The notes under the pieces were generated by a model. The model searched no databases. It was not told where the DNA came from and saw only the letters and a program-made list of their open reading frames with translations. Shown here piece after piece: positions 11,701-23,371 of a stretch of 64,000 bases of DNA (positions within the stretch are counted from its first letter, which is position 1; each line of letters begins with the position of its first letter). Source of the DNA: Asterias rubens (taxonomy: Eukaryota); NCBI RefSeq assembly GCF_902459465.1, contig NC_047067.1:21452001-21516000 (forward strand), read 5' to 3'. A program made the position numbers and the translations under genes.

Positions 11701-13869
11701 ATGTCCCTATTCTAAGGTGTTCCTTTTGCACGTTTCAAGAATACCCCAGGGTTTTATTGCTTTCCAGAGCAAGGGTGGCCATTCTGCGGGGTATGCCAGA
11801 TTTTTTTCTCACAACTTTCTTATGGCTCCAATAACCAAGTGAGCTTGATTTTTCAGAGGTTTGGATAGTGGTCTTTGACTTTTTAACAATGTTGTCCATT
11901 TCCTTGAACAGATTGAGGTACTCAACAAGCACATGCTGTTCACTGCTAAACCAATGATCTATCTGGTCAATCTATCAGAGAGGGACTACATAAGAAAGAA
12001 GAATAAATGGTAAGACGAGAATAGAAATCGCCCAAAAGGGGGGCATGACTTTAATGACTCGCCATGAACCTGTGACACTTGGATTCTAATTAATCTCAAA
12101 CCAAAAGTGAGAATGAAATCCCAATCTGACTCTGCAATAGTGAGATCCCAATCCAACTGGCTGATAATGAGATCCCAATATCTTTCAGTGATATTAATAT
12201 ATTTTAATCTCATTGATACTTGATCGTTACCCAACTCGAGTGATAATGAGGTCCCAACCTTACTTAGTGAGCTCATAATCCCGCTGTGTTGGGGTACGGA
12301 ATTCCCATTTGCACTAACTGTTTAATGAGACCTATAATCCTACCCAGCGATAGCGAGATCCCAAGCACATTCAGTGGTGTAGAAATCCCAACCAATCCCC
12401 ATGGTGTGAGTTCCTAGGTCCACTCGCTCGCCGATACAGACAAAGTTGCTTAGCGATAGTGAAATCTTAACCCCGCCTTATCCCACTGTTTTTTCCTCTC
12501 AGGTTGTTAAAGATTAAAGAGTGGGTTGATGTGAATGACCCAGGTGCCACAATCATTCCGTTTAGTGCCGCCTTTGAGAATAAAGTGTTTGACATGGATG
12601 AAGCTGAGAAGAAAGCTTTCTTCGAAGAGTCCAAGGTCACAAGGTCAGTATATCTGTGTGTCCTTCTTGGAGTATGTTTGACTGGTTGTTTGTTTGATTA
12701 ATATATCTTTGATAAAATCACCCTCAGAATAATATTTGTTTTAAAATGTGTATGTGTATTTTGTAGTCGACCAACTGTGATCTTAAAGATGTATTTCAAG
12801 ACAGTAATTTCAAAAATACTCAATGCAAAATCTATCCTTTATAATGAGTCAAACTTTTATTGAGCAGAGTAAGGAAACCATGTACAATGTAATTAGAACT
12901 CCTGATCATTTTATTTATCGCAGTGCTCTGAACAAGATCATAACAACAGGCTATAAAGCACTACAGCTGATGTACTTCTTCACTGCAGGGCATGATGAAG
13001 TCAGGGCATGGACAATACAGGTCAGAGATTTGATTAGATTAGAATATATTTGTTTTGGTTTGTTGTCATTGATCTACAAGTATAAATTTATTAATCAAAA
13101 GCCAGGGTTGTAACGTGTTTCCTCAGAGGATGATCTAATTTGAAATCATTGTTATTGGACGTTTGTAATTTTCTTAAGCAATCTTTATCTGTTTATCTCA
13201 AATTGCTAAGTATAAATTTGTAGCCGTTTTATTATTAATATTATTACCAGCACTGGTTTAATTGTTGTTGGGCCTAGTATAACTTACAACTTCCGTAAAC
13301 TCTCAGTAACCGAGGCAATCAAAGTTTATTATTTGTTCTTTACAGAGAGACACCAAAGCCCCTCAAGCTGCTGGAAAAATCCACACCGATTTTGAGAAAG
13401 GTTTTATCATGGCTGACGTCATGAAGTTTAATGACTTCAAAGAGCTAGGCACTGAAAATGATGTCAAAGTGAGTGGAATGTCTTTCATTCTTGCTTATCA
13501 CCATGTTTGAAAAAGGATTGAACTTGAATGCTTTAAATGAATGTTTTTTTATGTGTCATTGTTAATTAATATTTGTCAAAACTTTTTTTAGGGTTGACAA
13601 TAAAAGATCCTTTATCTCTGTACCTCGTCTTTACATCTCTCGGTCAACAAAATGAGTGGATGGAAAATAGTAACATTGCTTTTATGATCAACAATTCAAA
13701 CTGTTGACTATTACCCAATGTGTTATTGAACTGTCGTTATTATTTTAATTACTTTTTTCAGGCTGCTGGGAAGTATCGACAACAGGGAAGGAATTACGTC
13801 ATGGAGGACGGTGATATTGTTCATTTTAAATTCAATGCTGGAGCAGGATTGAGCGATAAGAAGAAGTAG
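8722..13869 (+). CDS. OLA1: Obg-like ATPase 1 (YchF family). Exons 8722-8819, 9130-9200, micro-exon 9608-9619 or 9608-9623, 10026 or 10030 to 10086, 10260-10387, 10754-10929, 11502-11579, 11912-12009, 12503-12643, 12924-13020, 13346-13468, 13762-13869.
   Basis: The translation includes [33 protein letters not shown]|[23 protein letters not shown]|[16 protein letters not shown]..|[22 protein letters not shown]..|..AWTIQ|[23 protein letters not shown]..|[29 protein letters not shown]. These are the P-loop, DxxG, and TGS-domain motifs of OLA1/YchF. Confidence 0.97.
10445..10629. mobile_element. MITE with 21-bp TIRs; degenerate relatives at about 9781-9950 and 37131-37295
   Basis: cctgggcccatttcataaagc and gctttatgaaattggctcagg are reverse complements with 2 mismatches. 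The other copies share the gcccaatttcataaagct / gctaagc motifs. Confidence 0.75.
10722..10749. repeat. (CT)n microsatellite forming the polypyrimidine tract of an OLA1 exon
   Basis: A ctctctct run sits directly before the tag| acceptor at 10753. Confidence 0.85.
11041..11172 (-). mobile_element. tRNA-derived SINE fragment in an OLA1 intron
   Basis: The reverse strand reads aggttgactcagtggtttc...gaccccggttcaaatcccacctcagacc, which contains Pol III A-box-like and B-box (GGTTCAAATCC) elements. Confidence 0.7.
12105..12470. repeat. Degenerate minisatellite with a period of about 27 bp filling an OLA1 intron
   Basis: The motif gata(a/g)tgagatcccaa recurs, with the atccca core at 12118, 12145, 12172 and at 12358, 12385 (27-bp spacing). 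More decayed copies lie between. Confidence 0.7.
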
Positions 13870-16800
13870 AGAAGCCATAAAGAAAATAAATATTAAGAAA
13901 TCACCATCGCAACAAGATGTCTGAAGAAGCTGACAAGATTCAGTAGTTTTTTTAATCTGCAGAAAGTACTCAGTTTTTTTGTATCTTTAATGAATTTGTT
14001 GTGTCGATTATCAAGAACTTTGACTGTTTCTTAAGAAAGAAAAACATTACTCATACAAATATTTTCTTTTCATTTTCAGCATCTTCAATGAAATATATCT
14101 TTAAACACATGAGGATTTTCTCTGAGCTGAATCATGTGCCATTATTTGCTTAAAAACATGATATTTGCGGTGTGGCCAAGCAAGCAAAAATGTGGTGTTT
14201 AGTACTTAACCACTGGGAGTCTGGAAGGACTGATTTATCTGTTTCAGGATTTGTTTATTCTCACTGATCAGCCATCTTAGATGGAATACAAATTCACTAA
14301 TCAATTATAAACAATAGAGGACGGTATAACAAGTCTACAATATTGTTGAAGCTTTCCAATACAATATTTCTACATAGATGTGTAAAGGAGTAAAGAGATA
14401 ATTAATTTTCAAGGATGTACCTCCTTAAGGAACTGTTTGGTTGTTTCTATTCGGGTAGCTCCCGAAAGTTTTAGGAAACGTGTCTGTTTGGACTTGTTAA
14501 AACACGCTCCAACTTTGTGGTAAGAATTAGTGGTTGAGTTTGAGTTATACAGAGCATCACATGCAATGAAAATTATGAACAATTATGAGGGTTTGGGGTA
14601 TTGTCTGGTTAATTTAACCAACAAGTTATTTCAGATTTTTTCAAAGTTATCACCTTTTTTTCTTGTGAAGAGCCTCTGACCTGGCCTTGTTTTTTATCTT
14701 ACAAAATGCCATAATATCAGTTAGAGATGTGCAATTTCAAATTGTTTTAGAACTCATTGTTTTCAACTTATGCGAATTTCCTCTTGGAGAAAATCCATTT
14801 GAAAATTTGCATGAGGGTGTTCTCTTTTGTGTTATGTTCCCATTGGTTGAAATTTCTTTTCAATGCTTTCCTATAATCCACTTTGCAAATTCAGAAAAAC
14901 AATTCAGTGTTTAAAAAAATGAAAACAATCAAGATGTGATTTCAAAATGGTTTCTGTTAGTAGGTCAGCTCTCGTAAAAACAATAATAAATTCTGACCTG
15001 TGGAATTTAGTTGGCTATGTCAGACAAGAGATTTATTTTTCTTGGGGCGAATAAATGAATGAAATGACAAATAGGATTGTGTATATTTATTGTAACGTTT
15101 TTGTGTGCTTTGGGGGTCGGTTGTTTTACTCTGAAAAGGCGCACCTGGTTAACATTTTCTCAAACTTAGTTGGTTTATTTTTATTATATTTGATGTAAAT
15201 CGGTCGTCTTTATTGAAATTGTCATTTTTTTAAAATCGAAATACCAATTGAAAAATGTGTCCAAGGGATTACCACTGGACCGAAAGTGAAAGAATTTGCC
15301 GTTACGTCAAAAAGTCCTCGGTGCTTTCAGTAAACACTGTATGCAAGAAGTGGGCGTTTGTTATGTTTGAAGGGCACTACTTTTCTTAAATAATTAAACC
15401 TTGGGGGCGGGTGCGGTCGGGTCATTACGTAACACGAAGCCATATACCCGCCCACCCTATAGGGTTCAGCGGCACGCATGTACTGTACAATAGGTCTAGA
15501 CCTCGAGATCTGACTCGTCCATCTTGAAGATGCCTCCTGACTAAGCATTCTCAAGTTGTCCTCGAACCGAACAATACGCCGGGACCCCTGCTGGGCCGAG
15601 CTTCAAATAGATAATTTACTTGGAAAGCAAAATAAGATACCACAATACAAATGGTGATGTGTAGTGGTATTACGTAACTTCAGAGTTTCACTTTTGATTC
15701 CTCGATCATTTCTGCTGACAGAGAACAGAAGTTAAATAAAATGTGTGAAAACTGTTCAAGTTGTATGAAACTTGCTGTGCATCCTGGGGCAAGAAAATGC
15801 TATGTGTACTAAAATAAAATCGGCCATCGAGAAAGTCCCGGCTAGAGTCGAAACGTCATCGGGCCCATTTGTTTTTAAAGTGCTGATTGGCCTTTTGTTT
15901 GAAAGGTTTTGACAACGTTTTTCCCCACAAGATAAACAATTGTATTACTTTTCTGCTCGTGTTGTTTGTTTTGTTCTTTCGCTTGATGTTAGTGACGTTT
16001 GGGGTTTTTTGTTTCATTTTTTATATAATTTTTTTTATAAGCAAATTAGGTATGAAATTTCACAATCTCTTCAGCTATAATTTTCCTCATTCAATCTACA
16101 AAGACCTCTTTTTATCTTGAATAATTTGCCATTACAACGAAAAAACCCGAGACGTAACATTTCTTCACGGACGGTCACTCAGCACTAGGTGCTCGTTGCA
16201 GGGGTTCCTGGTACAGTAGGCCGCCGCGGTGCGTCGGATCCGCTAAACCCCCTTTATAGTGTCCGCCCACACGACCGCCTTAATGTCCCGTGTGTACACC
16301 CTAATGGGCGGAACGTCATGAGGTCGGGTTGTCTTTATTGTGTTCATATAATATGGGACACGCGGCGCGCGATACTTCACGAATCTCACTCAGCTGGGTG
16401 ACAAGTGTGAAAGTATGATTGTTTTTAACATAACGGTTTAAAAACAGCTAGCCTATATGTTGAATTCCCGTGCTTTGTGAGCAAATACAGCTTGTCCTTT
16501 TTTCCCATGCTGATATTTAAACCATTTTAAACGATGGTCACGGGCTGGACAGATGATCTTTATGTAAAACCATCAGCCCCTGTTGGTTGGCGCTAGTGCG
16601 ACACCCTGCTCGTGACCAGGCAGTGAGGCGGTACATCAAAGACATAGTGGTCGGCATCGTCAAAGAGAAAAGCGACCCCCATAGTGCACCCTTGGGTACA
16701 CTAGTGCAAATTACCTGGCAACGAATTTTAATTGCCAACAATTCTTAGTTCTCCTCTGGACCGGAGATGTATATTGGGTTCACGTTGACTATACGACAGC

Positions 16801-17569
16801 AGGCCTACCACTTGTTGATATGGTGTGTTCGGTTGGTTAAGAATTGAAAGTAATTGGAACGAATTTCCTGTGAATAAATTAAGTGTTAACGACATTGGTC
16901 ATCGCCTATAGTTTTCATTTTAATTCATAAATAAAAGTCAACAACTTGTGTGGCTCCCTTATAATTTAAGATATGCATTTAACTATGTAAAATGTACAAT
17001 GGAAGCATTCATTCTAACTCAACTAAATATACATGTACATGTACCATGGTTAGCTTTCAATGTGGGTTTTCGTGGCCTATATATTTGTCTCTGACTAAAT
17101 TTGTTTGGATTTTCTGACAGGAAATTCATCATGTCCTTCCTTCCCCTAATGGTGAAAAACATAATTGAAAACATGAATTTTTCAAAACATTTAACCGTGC
17201 ATAACGGTCTAAAGAGGCGACAATGAAAGCGATCATTTTAGTTTCTACAAAAGACGAGTTTTTCTACATTCAAATGAAATAATTATATTTTATGCCGCCC
17301 AGCCGTCGGGACGCCTCGGTGTTGACAAAGTAATTCATAAAGCAATGTCACCGTTTCTACACGCCCTAAATGACCTCTGACATTTTGCACATAAAACACC
17401 CTTATAAATTATGCCAATTTACACCAGTTAGCTGCCATTATCATTCTATAAATAGGGTTTATTCGAGCAAGTGTATTGTAACGATATTGTCCTATGTATT
17501 TTAAGACTGATATAGACAAATAAAGAGGTAAAACTTATTGGTTCAGTGCTCGGTAGATCCAAAACGGTT

Positions 17570-17700
17570 TCGGCAAATGCCTTTGAAGTCTGGATGTTGG
17601 GCCGCCCCGGTCACTAGCCGTCAATCACTTGCCTTGCCAAGCGCACTATTTACAGCGCTACTCCGCCATGTTTGACAGTACGCGTCAAAAGTAGTTTTAA
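17570..17700 (+). promoter_or_regulatory. Putative Sp1-4 core promoter
   Basis: A GC-box-like ggccgccccgg lies at about 17581 and a YY1 consensus CCGCCATGTT at 17663-17672, 340-430 bp upstream of the ATG. Confidence 0.45.
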
Positions 17701-18012
17701 ATACGAGATATTTTTTGAGGTAATCATAAAGTGCGTCAAAAATAACTTATTTTATTGACTAAGTCGTATGTAGCCCCACAAAATAAATGATAAAAGTTAC
17801 AACTAGTGGAATAAATTGCATGAAATAAGCTAAAATAACAGCGCGTATTAATATTTTCCTTAATGAGTGTAAACAGTCAACCTGCATGCCCAACTGGCGT
17901 GGTCCCACGTACAGCCCATGTACTACATTGATGCAATTTTTATTCATGTCTAGTCTGGGAAGTCGCTATTTTAAAACAAATTGTCCATCGAAAGAACGAT
18001 AAATTGGGCAAA

Positions 18013-21000
18013 ATGTCGACAGCGGCTGTTACAAGAGGACAGTCGGAGTATATTCAACCCTCTACTGCCACACAGGTAAGAAAATGTAACACATTGAACC
18101 AATTTTTCTGTCATTTTGACTAGATATGTTTGAGTCGTAGGTTTGGCCTAGTTGACTTCGTTCATAACTTCCGCAACGCTTTATTCACACCCACATGTAA
18201 AGCCCGCCCCTTGATCCATCCCGTAGATTTATTGAACAACACAAAAACAGAAATGTTGCTCTCGTCACCTCTTTGCAGGGAGACAATAGTGGCCAACAGC
18301 AGCCATCACCTCTGGCGTTGCTTGCAGCAACTTGTAGTAAGATTGGATCACCGCCTGAGGAAGCCGTGAATACTGCAACGACCACAGCCGTCCGGTTTGT
18401 TGGGCAGAATCAGGGCTTCCAAGCGGCAGATACACAAATAGGGTTTGTGGGCGCCAACGGCGTTATAACCGCCATTCCTCATGTATCTGCACAACAACAA
18501 CAACAACAACAGACACAATTCCAGACCATCTCTGCTTTTCCCGTTCAGATTGCCGCTGCCACTCCTCAGTTACAGCAACAACAGCAGCAGCTCATCGAGA
18601 CAAACAACACCAGTAAACAATCAGGTACGAATAATGGAACCAATATACTGAACTGGAACCCACAGGTGCAGCAGCACCAAATTATACAGCCATCCCAGCT
18701 TTTGACAGCTGCACCTACAAATGCAGCCAACTCGGGTGGTGCATCAGGCAATACAGTTCAGTACAACATTATTCCACAGCTTCAGCTAGATGCAGATGGT
18801 AACATTATCGCAACTCAGCTAGCGAATGCCATCAACCAATCGCCAACCATCATCCGACCAACTGCTGCATCAAACAACTTCACAGGCCTAGCATTGCAAA
18901 ATGGGCAAATTATACAGACGCAAAACAGCAATATCATGCAAAATATTGCTACACCACCGAGGGTGGCCAGTCAGCCCCTTACATTCCAACTGGCTCCGGT
19001 GGCTAGCTCAGGGGGTAATATGAACGACCAGCAACAGCAGGTTTACAGCATAGTTGCAGCAGCTCCAATGCAGCAAGATTTCACCAATGTAGTGCAGATC
19101 CAACCTCAGCAGTTTCAACAGCAACAGCAGCAGCAGCAGATAGTTGCAGCAGAGCCGCAGCAGTTGCAAGTAGTTCCCCATCAGCAGCAACAGCAAATTG
19201 TGCTTCAACCGCAGCAAGCCAATTCGATACCAGTCGGCATCAGCATGGCTCCTCAGCAAGTTCAGGTACAGTTGAATTTTTGCATATCATCAAAGAAAAG
19301 GTATCTCTATGGTACAGCTTTGAAGTCTACTCAATTAAAACATGTTAGCCTGTTAAATTAGAAAAAGGACTTTGCTGTATAAAAAGGTACAGCAAATTTA
19401 TCTTGTTTCTACCGTTGTTGAAAGTCAAGTAAAAATCCTTCAATCGTAGCAAATATTATTTTGAAAGAATTTGTCCATATCACAAGGGAAGTGGTTCAGT
19501 GATTTGTGTCGTAGCACATTTCAGTCATAAGCCATGAAATTATAGTTTTGAGCATGTTTTCCTTCTTTTTTAACCATTGACAATTTTTGTTCAAGTTAAA
19601 TTTAAAACCACTTGTACTTTTGTTTTGACTTTCAAAGCAGTCACTGTACCTAATAATATTTCTCACTCATCATTTTTATTGTGGTAGATTCAGCAGCCTC
19701 AACAGAACTCGGGAACCACAGTTACTATTCAACAACAGCAACCACAACAGATAAACATCCAGGCTCGCCCACAACAGCAACAACAGCAGCAGCCTCAGCA
19801 ACAGCAGCAAAGCTTCACTGTGCAGCCTGTTCAGCAGGCATATGCAATCCAACAAGGACAACCACTGCCGGTCATTAATGCCTCTACCTCAGGGCAACAG
19901 ACCATTACAATCCCTGCCCAGACAGTCACTGGTCAACAGGGTTTCCAGAACTTCATCTTACAACCACAGAACCTAAATGCAGTTCAAACAATCCAATTGC
20001 CCGGCCAGCAACAGACGGCGACCATCTTGCCTGGCTCTATCTTTACGACCCTCCGTTCTCCTAATAACACCATCAACCTTCAAGGGTTACAGATACAGGG
20101 GATCAGCATGGCTGGTACAACGTCCCAGCCTCAACAAACTTTAACATCTACGGCAGGGATGGGGAATACTGGTTCCGTTGCTGGAACACAAACTGTCACA
20201 GCCTTACCCAATTTCAGTTTATCAACGGGGAATTTGGTTTCTATGGGAATGCAGCTACAGCAGATAAGTAAACCGGGAGCAGGAAACAACACAAGATCCA
20301 CTACAGTCACAGGTAGGTTTGAAAAAGCTATTTGACTCATCGTCGATGTTTCAATGTCCAGGTTGTTACTTTACTCTACCTGCTCTTAAGTAGGATGTTT
20401 AAACTTTGAGGTTTTCAGTAGCACCATGTGTAAATCTCTTTTAAGTAGTGTTGGTTTTAAAAAGAACTGGTGTTTCTAATGACTTTTTCATTCTGCTACT
20501 GCAAACTTCACAATTAAAAGCGCATTGTTTGGCATAATGTATCTTCCACAACTGCAGTGGATGGTATTGAACTGCTAGACACTGACAGTAAAGTGCTGCA
20601 ATACCTTTTGGATGTTGTGGCTTCTTATTAGTTGGTAGTTGATTAGCAGCTTGTGGGTGGGGCCAGCTGTCAAATGGGCATTCAATCAACCCTTATTGAG
20701 TCGCTCACCTCCATTCACTCCCTCTGACTAATTTGCTTGTCTCCACTTTTCTCCTGTCCAACTTATTTTGTTAAAATTTGGCCAATACAATTTAATGAAG
20801 GCTCACTTATTGTGTTAAAATAAAACAAAAATTGGAATAGTCTTCCCAAGATTTCCACATTCCTAAGAAAAGGCTTTGCATCATCTTTATTTAGATATAA
20901 CATGCAGCGAGTAACGAAAATACAGAACAAACTTATTTTGATGCAGAATATATTTTTGGGTGAGCACTCAATTATAATTTCACTCAGGCTCTTGTATAAA

Positions 21001-23371
21001 CTCTCTTTTTAAGTTGTCTGGTATCTACTTTGATAAGGTCTCCCCCAAACCAAACAAAATCAAGATAAAGGGTATTTCAGGTCAAGAAGTTAGATTTGGT
21101 GGCCATCAATCATCCTTTCATACCAATAAGACATTCCTTTAGGCTTTGCCTCAGACTGTTGACCTTTGTACTCCCTAAAGGTGTGTGTTACTTAACCTCA
21201 TATGCATTATCGACATTGTACCGAGGCATTACTTTATAATACTCTTACATGTGGACAGCAACATCAAGAGAAATGGAAGACAATAAGAGTATAGCATTTG
21301 GAATTATTTAAATTCTCCAATCTTGTAAAATAAAATGTAAAAAACAAGATTGTCATTTCACTTCCAGACATACCTTAAAATTCATGACATTTAACAAAAA
21401 AATAAGTTGTTGAGGAGAACACAATTTTTCAGAGGAAATATGTTTTCTAACAGAATACTCATTTGTTACTATTCTTTGTGTCTCGTGTCTCTTTTAGTTG
21501 CACAGCAGCAGCCTGGTACTCTTCAGGATAAGAAGTGGCAAGGGCAAACACAGGTTATTAATCCGGTGCAGACTAATACATCCATTAGTCTGGACAATCA
21601 GTTTGTAGGGTCAGATGAGGAAGAGAACCAGGGACAACAGAACCAGGTGCCTAAGCGGCTCAGGAGAGTGGCATGTACATGTCCCAACTGCAAGGACAGT
21701 GAAGGAAGGTAGGTGCATGTAGAATATAAAAAGAGCCTGTCGGTACTACAGGCTTGGAATAACATGAAGGCCATGTATGGCCCCTGTTGCCCCTGGACGT
21801 TGCCTTGGTGCCAAAACAATTTCACATACACTAGACTTTTGATTTCGCAATTGAAAAACTTTTAAAGTGGCACCAAGGCCAACACCAGGACAACAGAGGT
21901 CATGACCGCAGTAGCCTTTGTGTAAATTCCAGACCAACAACCTTCTTGTCTTCCTTTAGTATAAATACAGCTTGAACTTTGAATATACAACTTTAGGTTT
22001 GACAATAAATCTTTATTCAGCCACTTACTTCATCCTTCATAAGTTTTAGTGAAAATGATGCTTTAGATCTGGACCAAATTTCATGGTTCTTCTTCTTTCA
22101 GAATTCTGTGCTAATGGCTCAAAAATCTACATGCTTAACAGCCCACCGAAGGTACAGAACTCCGCAGTAATTAAAGCCATGAATTAGGATCCAGACCTGC
22201 ATGCAATTTTCGTTTCTGAAAGACTTTTTTTGCTCACCAAAATAGGAATCTGAATGCAGAGGGTCGCAAAAAACAACACATTTGCCACATGCCAGATTGT
22301 GGCAAAGTGTACGGCAAAACATCCCACCTTCGAGCTCATTTACGATGGCACACAGGGGAGCGGCCATTTGTCTGTAACTGGTTGTTCTGTGGTAAGAGAT
22401 TTACAAGGTCAGATGAGCTACAGCGACATCGGCGGACTCATACAGGTAGGGTATTAGTGACATTTCTTAATTTTTGATGTAAATAATCCAAATAATCCAA
22501 TATTCCAAAAATCTGCGCCTTGAACACCCAGCAGAGTGGATATGTGCGCATTATAAGTCTTATTATTATTATTATTATTATTATTAAAGGTATCACAATG
22601 TACGACACTGTATATTATGACCAATATGGGTATGTGGGAACCCCCTTCCCTCAATGTTCCAATATTTTAACACACTGTTTGCCTCTTGTACGGAAGTACC
22701 CCCCCCCCCTTCCCTAAAATTCTCTGAAAGAATTTCTGTGATTCCAAGCCCACATTTGAAAACACAGTAAGCCCCATGTTTGAGCTGATGAAGAAGAATT
22801 TTACAAAAAGCACTGATCATATACTAGTTATATCAACTGCGCAAAATCCACCCCAGCTTTACAAAGTTGTAAACGTGTAAAATTGATGTAAATATAAAAG
22901 TTCAAGCATTTAACAATTAGCAATGTAGGATTTTGACTGGTGTAAACTAGTCACAGGCATGCATGCTTCGTTAATATGGAAATTTCTACTGGAGCATTCC
23001 AAGGGCACCAAGGCAATGGCCAGGGGGCACAGAGGCAATCGCCTTCGTTGCCTCTGTGAAGTATCAGGCCTGTAGTCATCTTCAGGATAACTAATACATT
23101 CTCAACAATTATATTGAATTTCCCAGGAGAGAAGAGGTTTTCCTGTCCGGCTTGCTCAAAGCGCTTCATGAGAAGTGACCACCTCTCCAAACACATCAAG
23201 ACTCACTCCAATAAGAAAGCCAACCCAAGGGATGATGAGTTTAGTGACGGTACAGTGACACTGGAAATGGATGGAAGTGAAGTGATGGCCACTCCAGACC
23301 AAGAGGCCTTGACCAATGCTGTGGTCATACGGATGGGTACACAGGCTCTGGACAGAATGGAAGCCAGCTAG
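18013..23371 (+). CDS. Sp1-4: Sp1-4-clade (Sp1/2/3/4-like) transcription factor, 776 aa. Exons 18013-18075, 18279-19265, 19688-20312, 21498-21708, 22246-22445, 23127-23371.
   Basis: It has an Sp2-like N-terminus [21 protein letters not shown], the Sp box [14 protein letters not shown], long Q-rich domains and the btd box [12 protein letters not shown]. Three canonical fingers carry KTSHLRA / RSDELQR / RSDHLSK. All GT-AG junctions are phase-compatible (2331 nt). Confidence 0.96.
22555..22586. repeat. (ATT)n microsatellite in an Sp1-4 intron
   Basis: A ttattattattatt run is visible in the sequence. Confidence 0.85.
22954..23072. mobile_element. Dispersed short repeat family (gggcaccaaggcaa core, caggcctg ends); relatives at about 21770-21935, 39072-39195, 40510-40630, 40995-41070 and 59570-59620
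   Basis: The ggcaccaaggc(a/c)a motif and caggcctg-like boundaries are shared across these intronic and intergenic copies. Confidence 0.55.

Noticed and set aside
12105-12470. CRISPR-like repeat/spacer appearance
   Set aside because: The context is a eukaryotic intron, the repeat cores are degenerate, the spacers are only about 12 nt and there are no cas genes. It is reported as a minisatellite instead.
15826-15866. GAAAGTCCCGG resembling the RNase MRP/P CR-I motif
   Set aside because: The match is imperfect and no complementary CR-V/P4 partner was found downstream.
19008-19861. Antisense ORFs rich in Leu/Cys over the Sp1-4 exons, and a similar one at 28825-29277
   Set aside because: These are shadow ORFs produced by CAG/CAA repeats on the coding strand.
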